A program made the translations under genes and the position numbers. From contig JANQSE010000011.1 in NCBI GenBank assembly GCA_028284195.1, positions 18 through 64,017 on the forward strand: DNA of 64,000 nucleotides, written 5' to 3'. This document shows, one piece after another, positions 27,574 through 36,925 of this stretch. Position 1 is the first letter of the stretch. The number at the start of each line of letters is the position of its first letter. The notes below the pieces were generated by a model that saw only the letters and a list, made by a program, of their open reading frames with translations, had not been told where the DNA came from and ran no database searches. Origin of the DNA: Balneola sp. Its GTDB lineage: Bacteria; Bacteroidota; Rhodothermia; Balneolales; Balneolaceae.

Positions 27574-30500
27574 TTACTTATAACTTGTTCCAACTCTTGC
27601 AGCCCAAAGTTTAATGTCATCAAGGATGATGTAAATAGAAGGCAAAACAATGAGTGTAACTACTGTTGAGAATGTAAGTCCGCCAACAATAGCACGTGCC
27701 ATAGGGAAGTAAGGAGGACCGTCACCACCAATTTGTGTAGTTCCTATACAAAGTGGAATTAACCCGAGAACGGTTGTTCCTGCTGTCATTAAAATAGGGC
27801 GCATACGATCTTTGCCGCCTTGTACAACGGCTTCTGTTCTGCTCATACCCTCACTTCGCAAATGGATGATATGATCGATGAGGACAATACCATTATTCAC
27901 CACAATTCCCATCAGTATCAGTATTCCGATCATGGCCATCAGATCGAACGTGGTGCCTGTAATAAAGAAAAACCAGAAAATCCCGACAATACCGTATAAG
28001 ATACAGGCAAGCACACTGGTTGGATACATAAGCGATTCGAATAAAGCAGCCATTACCAGGTAAATAAGAAAGAATGCCACTGCTATGTTAAAGAGCATAA
28101 CATTGCCGGCTTCGGCATCATCATCAAAACTGCGCCCATAACCCCAAGAATAACCAGCTGGATATACAATCTGATCCATTACTTCAGAAATTTTCTTCCG
28201 CGCATCTTCCATGGTAGTTCCATCCACCAGGCTTAAAGAAATACCCAGGGAGGTTTTCCTGTTTTCTCTGAAAATTCTTCCTGGCCCGGCAGTTTGCTGG
28301 TAATCTGCAATGGATGCCAGTTTTACGGTTTGATTATTACCAATAGAAATAGGCAGCTGCATCAGGTCTTCCACTGATTGACGATCAACATTTTGGAGTG
28401 CCAGTACTACATCTATTTCTGATTGAGTGCCGCGGATCCGTCTGAGATTCTGCCCTCTTACTGCACTCGAAACAGAATTAGCAACATTTTGTGAAGTTAA
28501 CCCAAAGCTCCGGGCTCTGTCATGATCGATAGTTAAGCGTATTTCATCTTTACCGCGCTCTGCATCAGATTTAACATCTGCAAAACCTTCGATTTGGCCC
28601 ATACGCCATTCTACCTGCTCAGCAAGTTGGGTAAGTACATCCATCGATTCACCATTCACATACACTCTGGCTGTTTCCGATCCATTTCTGCTTCTGAATT
28701 CGAAGGCGGGTTCCCCGATAGTAACTACTGGCAGGTTTTCTTCTATTTCTTCTTTAATTAATTGCACAGCCTTTGTTGCGTCTTCTTCGTCTACAAGAAT
28801 AATGGTGGAGTTTGCAAACTCAGGTTCGTAGTAGGTGTACACCGATTTGATCTCGAATTTTTCCTGATTTTCGTACAGGTATTCTTCCACTTTATCTACA
28901 GTTTCTTTAACGCGGTCTAATGTGTAGGAGCCGTTCAGGTTATATCGTAAATCCAATTCACGTTCTTCTACACGAGGGAACATATCAATATTGAGCCCCA
29001 GTGCGATAGGGATAACTGCACTAAAGAATAACAACACAATACTTATCGTTGAAACCCATCGCCTTGCAATAAACCAACTAAGGAATTGAGAATATTTATC
29101 GGATAAACGGTCGATGACAGTGCGCTTCTTCTCTTTTGTATTAGGTTTTAGCTTAGCTGATAATAGCGGTATTACTGTGAGTGATATCAACAAAGAAGCA
29201 ATCAGGGAGATGATGATCGGCATTCCTACATAATACATGTGCTGTTTAATAAAACTCTCATTTATGATGTTTGGAAGAAATACCACCGCCGATGTAAATG
29301 TACCTGCTGTAACCGCTATACCTACTTCGCGGGCTCCGAAGATAGCTGCCTTTGAAGGTGCCATTCCTTTTCGCTGGTAGCGGTGAATATTCTCAGTAAC
29401 AACTACTGCATTATCTACCAGCATACCCACAGCAAGCATTAAGCCCATCATAGATAAAATGTTCAGAGAAATTCCCAAAAAGTAAAAGAAGCCAAGAGTT
29501 ACAATAAGCGAAAAGGGTACGGCAGTAGCTACAATCATGGTAGTACTAAACTGGCGAAGGAAGAAGAAAAGCATAAAAATAGACAACCCTGCTCCAAGCA
29601 CCCCTGCACTAAGAAGTTCTTTAAGCGAACTTATGATTCCATCTGCCTGGTTATGCATTTCGTAGATCAAAATACCCTGCATTTCAGGAAGCTTATTAAT
29701 TTCATCTATTTCTTCCAGCACTTCCTGAACTACTGCAACTGTATTGGCGGAGGATTCCTTTACGATGTCGAGCCCGATAGCGTATTTGCGGTCTAAATGA
29801 CGAGCGTAGTTTCTGACGGGGGAGGTGAATGAAACGTTGGCTATATCTTTTACACGCAGATTGTTGTCATCTATAATAAGGTTCTGAATATCTTCAACAC
29901 CGGTAAGCTCACCCATTGGGCGAACGTTGTATCGCATGCCTGAGTCGCTGATTTTTCCTGCTGAAACCGAAAAGTTTGCCATTCTCAGTTTTCTGCTCAA
30001 CTCATTCAGGTTAATATTGTACCTGAGTATGCGATCTGTTAGCAGCTCAATGCGAATTTCTTTCTTTTCAACTCCGTACAAAGTAACCTGTCCAACGCCT
30101 TCAATACGTTCGATGCGTTGCTTAAGATTTCGATTCAGGAGGTCATAAGAATCTGAAAGGTCTCTTTGGCTGGAAATACGAAGTTGCAACGTATTTCCAC
30201 CGCCATCCTGAAATTTGAAGATATTATAGTATTCAAAATCATCGGGCAATTGGTTTCGAACACTTTCTATTTTTTCCTTAATCTCAATGGCTTTCAGATT
30301 TATGTCGCTTCCTTGTTTGAACATAACCTGAATACCACCGTTATTTTCTCCGGCGTTTGAATTCATTCTTTCCAAACCACTTATGGTGGCCAGGGCTTCT
30401 TCTATGGGGCGAATAACCTGCTCTTCAACTTCATTAGGACTGGCATTGGGGTAAGGGATCTGTACAAAAGCTCCCGGGAAGGAAATATCAGGGAAGTACT

Positions 30501-30603
30501 CAAGCGGGACAAGCCTGGTTGCAATAAGCCCAACCACAACCAAACTTACAAAAACCATAATGGTTGTAACCGGGCGTTTTATGGAAAGTTCTGTAAAGTT
30601 CAT
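27574..30603 (-). CDS. RND efflux permease (AcrB/AcrD/AcrF family)
   Basis: SIKRPVTT; GMLVDNAVVVTENI; GIVVNNGIVLID; RMRPILMT. Confidence 0.95.
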   Translation of the reverse strand: MNFTELSIKRPVTTIMVFVSLVVVGLIATRLVPLEYFPDISFPGAFVQIPYPNASPNEVEEQVIRPIEEALATISGLERMNSNAGENNGGIQVMFKQGSDINLKAIEIKEKIESVRNQLPDDFEYYNIFKFQDGGGNTLQLRISSQRDLSDSYDLLNRNLKQRIERIEGVGQVTLYGVEKKEIRIELLTDRILRYNINLNELSRKLRMANFSVSAGKISDSGMRYNVRPMGELTGVEDIQNLIIDDNNLRVKDIANVSFTSPVRNYARHLDRKYAIGLDIVKESSANTVAVVQEVLEEIDEINKLPEMQGILIYEMHNQADGIISSLKELLSAGVLGAGLSIFMLFFFLRQFSTTMIVATAVPFSLIVTLGFFYFLGISLNILSMMGLMLAVGMLVDNAVVVTENIHRYQRKGMAPSKAAIFGAREVGIAVTAGTFTSAVVFLPNIINESFIKQHMYYVGMPIIISLIASLLISLTVIPLLSAKLKPNTKEKKRTVIDRLSDKYSQFLSWFIARRWVSTISIVLLFFSAVIPIALGLNIDMFPRVEERELDLRYNLNGSYTLDRVKETVDKVEEYLYENQEKFEIKSVYTYYEPEFANSTIILVDEEDATKAVQLIKEEIEENLPVVTIGEPAFEFRSRNGSETARVYVNGESMDVLTQLAEQVEWRMGQIEGFADVKSDAERGKDEIRLTIDHDRARSFGLTSQNVANSVSSAVRGQNLRRIRGTQSEIDVVLALQNVDRQSVEDLMQLPISIGNNQTVKLASIADYQQTAGPGRIFRENRKTSLGISLSLVDGTTMEDARKKISEVMDQIVYPAGYSWGYGRSFDDDAEAGNVMLFNIAVAFFLIYLVMAALFESLMYPTSVLACILYGIVGIFWFFFITGTTFDLMAMIGILILMGIVVNNGIVLIDHIIHLRSEGMSRTEAVVQGGKDRMRPILMTAGTTVLGLIPLCIGTTQIGGDGPPYFPMARAIVGGLTFSTVVTLIVLPSIYIILDDIKLWAARVGTSYK

Positions 30604-30615
30604 GATGTAATTTCC

Positions 30616-33600
30616 TTAAATAAGTTCTTCTTCAACCTGATAGTTCTTTCTATCCATTAATGAATACATCACAGGAATAACTACAAGCGTTAGTAAGGTG
30701 GAAACCAAAAGTCCGCCAATTACAGTAATGCCCATTGGTGCTCGTAATTCGGCTCCATCACCAAAACCGATTGCAAGGGGCAGCAAGCCAAGGGTTGTGG
30801 TTAGGGTAGTCATCAAAATTGGGCGTAAACGGGATTTTCCACCTTCCATGATGGCTGCATACTTGTCCATTCCCCGTTGGCGTAATTGATTTATCAGGTC
30901 GATAAGGACGATGGCATTATTTACCACAATCCCGGCAAGAAGAATTAAACCAATAAATACAACTACACTTATTGTTGTATTGGTGATGTACAATGCCAGA
31001 ATAGCACCAACCAAAGCAAGTGGTATGGTAAACAGGATAATGAAAGGATGAAGCAGAGACTCGAACTGGGAAGCCATTACCAAATAAACAAGAAATACAG
31101 CCAGGGCTAATGCAAACAAGAGCGATTGGAATGATTCACTCATTTCTTCATTCTGGCCGGCAATGCGGGCAAAAATACCTGTTGGCATAGTTGTTTCGCT
31201 GATGATTTGCTGAACCTCCTGAGCGGCCTCTCCCAGATCGCCGTAATTCAGATTTGCAGAGACAAGAGCTACGCGTTGTTGCGAAACTCTGCGTATTTCT
31301 CCCGGCCCATTAGCAATTTTAACTTCAGCAATGGCACTTAATGGAATAGAACGTTCGCTGTTTGGGTTAACAACCAGCTGTTTTATCTCTTCGATAGAAG
31401 AGCGGTCTTCTTCCTGGGCTCGAACCATTACATCAATCTTACGGTCTCTCCATGAATATCTTGTGGCAACATCGCCGCGAACATTACTTACCACACGGTT
31501 GGCAACTTCGTTAACTTGAAGGCCAAGTGCAGCTGCACGATCTCTGTCAAAAAGAATCTGAATTTCAGGGCTACCGGTTTCCATTGTATTCTTTACGTCA
31601 GCAAATCGGGGATCCGCATTCATTTTTCTAGCAATCTCATCGCTTACCTGTTTTAAATCTGTAAGATCAAAGCCGCTTATTTCTACTTCAACAGGAGTCG
31701 AAAACGTGAATAAAGACGGACGGGCAAATTTATATTGTAAACCCGGTACGGTTTGTAAAGAGTTTCTCATAAACGCCATTACTTCTTCTTCATCGGCTGA
31801 TGAAGAGCCGGAAGCGAGTAAAACGTTTAATTCTCCCCAATTTTCCCCACCCTGATCGGGGTTAGCGTCCATACGGTTACCGGTTCCTGCAACTGCAAAG
31901 GTAGAATTTACATGTTGGGTACTTCTTGTTGCCTGCTGAACACTCCTAAGAGCTTCATCGGTTTGTTCAATCGGTGTTCCGGGAGGTAGTTCAAATTCTA
32001 CCTTAAATTCACCCTGCGAAAGCTGAGGGATCAATTCAATTCCTATTTGTTGAACCAGCAGCATAGAACCGGCAAACGTTCCAAATGCTATAAGCAAAAC
32101 AAGGAGCCGGTTATTCAGAGAGCCTTTTAATAAGACCAAATAGGAGCTTTCTGCCATTGTATAAACTTTATCGAACAACCATACAAAAGGAGAAAAAATA
32201 AATCTGAAGAACTTCGAAAATATATTGGCTATCCATCTTATGAGAGTAGTAACCGCAGTAGGGATGGTGTAGAAAAGAAAGAGCCGGATAGCTCTTAAAA
32301 CTCTGCCAAAGCCTGTTCTTGGTTCTCGCAGTTCTAAGGGGGGTATTTCTTTCTTTTTCCCACCCAGAGAAGACATCATGGGTATCAGAGTAACAGCCAC
32401 AACAAGCGATGCAATAAGAGAAAATGTTACTGTAAGTGCCTGATCGCGGAATAATTGTCCGGCAATTCCATCTACAAATACTAGAGGGAAGAAAACAGCT
32501 ACCGTAGTAAGGGTAGAGGCAATCACCGCTGTTCCCACTTCGCTGGCTCCATCTTTTGCAGCCTCAAGGGTGTTTTTACCCATATCTTTGTGCCTGGCAA
32601 TATTTTCCAGAACCACGATGGAGTTATCAACCAGCATTCCGATGCCAAGGGCTATACCGCCCAGCGACATAATGTTCAGGGTAATGTCATTTCCATACAT
32701 CAGGTTAAAAGTGGCGATGATAGAAACAGGAATAGACACCGAAATGATTACCGTACTCCAGAAATTTCTTAGAAAGAAATAGAGAACAAGAACTGCTAAC
32801 ACACCGCCAATAATTCCGGCAGTTTTCACTTCATTAACAGCAGAAGAAATAAAGATGGATTGATCATAGACTTTTTCCAGTTTCATTCCGGCTGGTAGTG
32901 TTTTTTTTATCCTGTTGATTCTGTTTTCAACCGATTCAGCTACCGCAACAGTGTTTGCATCTCCTTCTTTGTAGATGGCGATTTCTACTGCTTCTTGGGC
33001 ATTAAGACGGGTAATTGCCTCTCTTTCTTTATATCCTTGCGATACTTCAGCTACATCTTTCAGGTAAACAGGATTGCCATCAATTACGGTGAGCACCACA
33101 TTTCGAATTTGGTCAACATTCCTGAACTCGTTCAGTGTTCTTACCAGGTATTGTTGTACGCCTTCTTCCAGCCGTCCGCCAGAGAGATTTATATTTTCTG
33201 CATTAAGAATTTGAGTGATTGACTCAATAGGAATGTTAAGATAAGCCAGCCGCTGCTGGTCGATATACACCTGGATTTCTTCTTCCAATCCACCACTTAT
33301 TTTTACTGAGGCAACCCCGCCGGATGATTCAAGGCTTTTTTTCAAAAGTTCATCAGAAACGATCCTGAGCTGTTTAAGTCTGGCGATTGCATCAGGGTCG
33401 TTAAGATCCTGATAGGAAGCGCGTTCTACTTTTACGGATTCTTTATCTCCATCCTGGTCTCCATCCTGGGCAGCCGGATTATCATAATAAAGAGCATATC
33501 TGATGATAGGGTCTAAGGTAGGATCGAACCGCAATGTAACTGGTTTTTTAGCTTCCAGAGGAAGTTGAATAGCATCCAGTTTTGATATTACATCCAGGTT

Positions 33601-33912
33601 GGCGATATCCATACCTGTTCCCCAGGCAAACTCTAATACAACATCGCTTTGGCTTGCTCTGGAAATGGATCGAACCAGTTTTACCCCTTTAACAACACCA
33701 ACCGCTTCTTCAATAGGTTTTGTAATGAGGTTTTCAACTTCAACCGGAGCAGCGCCTTCAAATTCTGTTCGAATGGTTAACGTAGGATAGCTTAAATCGG
33801 GCAGCAGGTTTACATTTAGTCGGGTAAGGGAAACGATCCCGAAGAGGAGAATCGCAACCGTAAACATTGAAATGGTTACTTTTCTCTTTACAGAAAATTC
33901 GATGAGTTTCAT
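30616..33912 (-). CDS. RND efflux permease (second subunit)
   Basis: GMLVDNSIVVLENI; GIVVNNAIVLID; RLRPILMTT. Confidence 0.95.
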   Translation of the reverse strand: MKLIEFSVKRKVTISMFTVAILLFGIVSLTRLNVNLLPDLSYPTLTIRTEFEGAAPVEVENLITKPIEEAVGVVKGVKLVRSISRASQSDVVLEFAWGTGMDIANLDVISKLDAIQLPLEAKKPVTLRFDPTLDPIIRYALYYDNPAAQDGDQDGDKESVKVERASYQDLNDPDAIARLKQLRIVSDELLKKSLESSGGVASVKISGGLEEEIQVYIDQQRLAYLNIPIESITQILNAENINLSGGRLEEGVQQYLVRTLNEFRNVDQIRNVVLTVIDGNPVYLKDVAEVSQGYKEREAITRLNAQEAVEIAIYKEGDANTVAVAESVENRINRIKKTLPAGMKLEKVYDQSIFISSAVNEVKTAGIIGGVLAVLVLYFFLRNFWSTVIISVSIPVSIIATFNLMYGNDITLNIMSLGGIALGIGMLVDNSIVVLENIARHKDMGKNTLEAAKDGASEVGTAVIASTLTTVAVFFPLVFVDGIAGQLFRDQALTVTFSLIASLVVAVTLIPMMSSLGGKKKEIPPLELREPRTGFGRVLRAIRLFLFYTIPTAVTTLIRWIANIFSKFFRFIFSPFVWLFDKVYTMAESSYLVLLKGSLNNRLLVLLIAFGTFAGSMLLVQQIGIELIPQLSQGEFKVEFELPPGTPIEQTDEALRSVQQATRSTQHVNSTFAVAGTGNRMDANPDQGGENWGELNVLLASGSSSADEEEVMAFMRNSLQTVPGLQYKFARPSLFTFSTPVEVEISGFDLTDLKQVSDEIARKMNADPRFADVKNTMETGSPEIQILFDRDRAAALGLQVNEVANRVVSNVRGDVATRYSWRDRKIDVMVRAQEEDRSSIEEIKQLVVNPNSERSIPLSAIAEVKIANGPGEIRRVSQQRVALVSANLNYGDLGEAAQEVQQIISETTMPTGIFARIAGQNEEMSESFQSLLFALALAVFLVYLVMASQFESLLHPFIILFTIPLALVGAILALYITNTTISVVVFIGLILLAGIVVNNAIVLIDLINQLRQRGMDKYAAIMEGGKSRLRPILMTTLTTTLGLLPLAIGFGDGAELRAPMGITVIGGLLVSTLLTLVVIPVMYSLMDRKNYQVEEELI

Positions 33913-33922
33913 GGGATGCTCC

Positions 33923-34969
33923 TTAGCTTCGAACTACATTTACTTTTGCGCTGTCTTTAAGGCTTCCCTGGCCGGTGGTAACTACAATTTCGCCTTCTTC
34001 CAGGCCTTCAAGTACTTCAATACTGGTACCATTTACATATCCGGTTTTTATGATTTTTTTGTAAGCTAATGAGTCTTTTACCACAAATACAGTTTGTGTT
34101 TGGTCTTCAGACATTACAGCTATTTTAGGGATCATTTTAGTTGCCACACGAGTATCGTACACAATTTTTACACGGCCAAACATGCCTGGTTTCAGGCGGT
34201 TGTTTTTTTCATCGATGATGACAGTTACTTTAAATGTTCCGGAAGTTGGATCTACAATTGGGCTGATGCGCTCAACATGTCCGTTAAAGACCTGGCCTGG
34301 CAGGGCATCTACCTTTATTTCAGCTGGTTGATTTTTGTCAATCTTAGCCATTTCGTGTTCGGGGATATAGAGAATTGCCTGGAGAGGATCAAAATCAGTA
34401 ACCCGATATACTTGTTGGTCTGTACCGATCATATTTCCCACTTTTATAAATCTCTCAGAAACTACCCCGTTGATAGGCGACTTAATGGATGTGTATTCCT
34501 GGTTTAATTTAGCAAGCTCATAGGCTGATTTCTGCGCTTCATATTCAAAACGTTTGCTCTCGAATTCTTCAGCTGAAATAGCCGTTCTATCAAACAACTC
34601 TTTACTTCTTTGATATTCATTATAAAGACGATCCATGGTAGATTTAGCTCGTTCAGCCTCAATACGGTATTGATTATCTTCAATTTTAGCGATCACTTGT
34701 CCGGCGCGAACCCGGTCTCCTTCTTCTACTAAAACCTGTTTTACAATTCCTCTTACCTTAGCAACTACAAGTGCTTCTTGCTCTGCTTCTAATGTAGCTG
34801 TATTAGAGTAATAAGCTGAAATATCTCCCCGCTCAACCAACGATGCTTCAACCGGAATTACCAGCGTTGAATCGTTGTCTTCGTTCTCATTGTCTTGATT
34901 TTCATTGTTGCAAGCCGTGAAGGTGAGAAATAATGCAGCTGTGAAAATCCCAAATAGTCTTGTTTTCAT
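33923..34969 (-). CDS. RND membrane fusion protein (lipoprotein)
   Basis: Probable start MKTRL at 34969 with lipobox FTAC; AKVRGIV; SIKSPINGVV; LKPGMF. Confidence 0.93.
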   Translation of the reverse strand: MKTRLFGIFTAALFLTFTACNNENQDNENEDNDSTLVIPVEASLVERGDISAYYSNTATLEAEQEALVVAKVRGIVKQVLVEEGDRVRAGQVIAKIEDNQYRIEAERAKSTMDRLYNEYQRSKELFDRTAISAEEFESKRFEYEAQKSAYELAKLNQEYTSIKSPINGVVSERFIKVGNMIGTDQQVYRVTDFDPLQAILYIPEHEMAKIDKNQPAEIKVDALPGQVFNGHVERISPIVDPTSGTFKVTVIIDEKNNRLKPGMFGRVKIVYDTRVATKMIPKIAVMSEDQTQTVFVVKDSLAYKKIIKTGYVNGTSIEVLEGLEEGEIVVTTGQGSLKDSAKVNVVRS

Positions 34970-35099
34970 GATAGAATAAAAAGTGTTTGATTGGATTACC
35001 AAACGCTTAGACGGCATCAATAAACAGATGTTACAGGAACCAAGAAATATTGAGATTAGTATTTACGGGACTTGCCGAAGGCATCTCTTCGGGAAAAGT

Positions 35100-35640
35100 T
35101 CCTGGGCTTGCTTACTTTCTTTGTCCTGTTTCGTCCATAAACAAGAAAGGGATTATCCCTGGGTAAAAAATGAGGAAAACCCCTGCCTGAGTTGAATCAA
35201 AGAGAGAGCTCAATACAATGCAGAACGTTAAAACGAACGAAAGCGAACACCTTTGATTCCTCCCCCGATCCCGGCAGCGGTCGGGACAAAATGGGGTTTT
35301 GAATGACAAGTGAAGTCACTCAGAGTGGAATCAACGAAGTTGATGGAGCGAAGAGTCTGCCCGATCACAAATCAAGTTAAATCCAAGTTGAGCAGATTAT
35401 TCTGGATGACGTGAAATGTCTTTGCGAGGAGTATGGATTGAGTAAAAGTATATAAATGATTCGACGCGGCAATCCCCATTAATTCAGCGATGTGTGATAA
35501 GGAGATTACGTCGTCGATAATACACCTCAACCCCAAAGTTAATAGATACTCCTCGTAATGACCCGGAAGAGTCTTTATCCCTTCGGGCTTCTGAACGAGG
35601 AAGCTTGAACTAAGTCTGGGGCAAGTACGTAAGCAAGCAA
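35100..35640. repeat. Cluster of palindromic intergenic elements (MITE/REP-like)
   Basis: Outer inverted GCTTGCTTAC (35106) / GTAAGCAAGC (35630); family A copy at 35313-35358; family B composite palindrome at 35418-35562. Confidence 0.75.
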
Positions 35641-35687
35641 GGATTTTAATCCTTGCAGCTTTTAAGAATAGCTTTTAAAAGTCCTAA

Positions 35688-36422
35688 TCATTTCTTTTTT
35701 CTGAACACAATATTTCCGTAATAAGCGGTAGCCGATCCTTTTGAATTATCTGAATCCGTCATAATTGCCACGCCTGTTATCTTTTTTGGTTCTTCATCAA
35801 ATGCTTCTTTATAAGTGTTATACACATTTGCTGTTGATGTAATCCATTGTTCGGCTTTTTCATTTCCTGATTCAGTAGCAACCATATTTACCCAATTAGT
35901 AAATACATTTTTCCGAATGGTTCCGATTTCAGCTTTATTGGCCCATACGAAATTTAAGGCACGAAGGGGAATATCAAAGCTGGTAAAAGTTTTCATAGCT
36001 CCGTATTTAATGCGTTCACCGAGGGGCAGATCACGGCGACTGTAATCATAGGTGATGTAGATCCTTGCTGCGTAATCGTCGCCTTTCTTTTCATTCATAT
36101 CTCCATTTTCAAGAACGCCGTCAATTTTCCATTGCCATTCTATAATAGGATATTCTTTTGGATCAATTTCGATGTTGTATCTCCAGCCGGAAGCGGAATT
36201 TTCACTTACTGCCTTGATGAATGTTTTTCCGTTTTCGGTGATTAGTTCATACTCAGTCCAATCTTTTTTTGGGAGAGTAAGCCGTTCCCATTTCTGGCCT
36301 TCCATGTCTTCGTTAAACTCGGCAGGGTTAAAACCAGTGATAGGGATTACTAAAGAATCCTGTGCAAATGCAACAGAGCTTAAAATTGCAATTAGTAAAA
36401 GAGTTGATAGTGTAGATCTCAT
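35688..36422 (-). CDS. DUF3047 domain protein
   Basis: Signal peptide; PIIEWQWKI; GDDYAARIYITY; LNFVWAN; GVAIMTDSDNS; YYGNI. Confidence 0.85.
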   Translation of the reverse strand: MRSTLSTLLLIAILSSVAFAQDSLVIPITGFNPAEFNEDMEGQKWERLTLPKKDWTEYELITENGKTFIKAVSENSASGWRYNIEIDPKEYPIIEWQWKIDGVLENGDMNEKKGDDYAARIYITYDYSRRDLPLGERIKYGAMKTFTSFDIPLRALNFVWANKAEIGTIRKNVFTNWVNMVATESGNEKAEQWITSTANVYNTYKEAFDEEPKKITGVAIMTDSDNSKGSATAYYGNIVFRKKK

Positions 36423-36661
36423 AAGATCGGGTGTTTGATTAAAATTGTCGTCTATTTTGCAATGAGTGTGAAAAACTATCTAATTCAAATTTAAATAGTT
36501 CTCCAAAAGCTAACAGACAAAAGTTCAACGAGCATCACGAATGTGTAAACAATAGTAACTTAAAAAGCCAAGTATGTGTTAATTAGACGGGCTCGTGAAG
36601 ACGGATGGGAGAGAGGGGAAAACCAAGTGCAGGTCAAAAAATGAATAGTTCAGAACGAAAA

Positions 36662-36818
36662 AAAGTCACTCCGAAGCATTGAGGAGTCTGCCCAATCAAG
36701 AAACGGGCTGGATTAGAATTGTGTGGATCCATCAGTCGCCCCGGCTCCTTCTGGATGACATTGATTACGTCGTCGATACCAATTTTACCCCAAGTTAATA
36801 GATGCTCCTCGTAATGAC
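36662..36818 (+). repeat. Family A-like short arm plus family B right arm
   Basis: AAGTCACTCCGAAGCATTGAGGAGTCT; TTCTGGATGAC; GATTACGTCGTCGAT...AAGTTAATAGATGCTCCTCGTAATGAC. Confidence 0.8.
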
Positions 36819-36865
36819 TCAAGAAAGTCTTTGTGGATCAGGGAAAGAAGAAATTCCCAACACAT

Positions 36866-36896
36866 AAAAACCCACTAATTATATTTATATAGTGGG
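36866..36896 (-). terminator. Probable terminator of sucA
   Basis: CCCACTA-N12-TAGTGGG hairpin with an A-run (U-run on the minus strand). Confidence 0.6.
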
Positions 36897-36925
36897 CTTC
36901 TGAATTTGATTGGTAGAAATGTATG

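Noticed and set aside
35112-35309. Short ORFs in repeat-rich intergenic regions (also 11111-11308, 36634-36822)
   Set aside because: They run through palindromic repeat elements; no coding signal.
36477-36488. ATCTAATTCA resembling the CRISPR repeat start
   Set aside because: A 10-nt AT-rich match is expected by chance.
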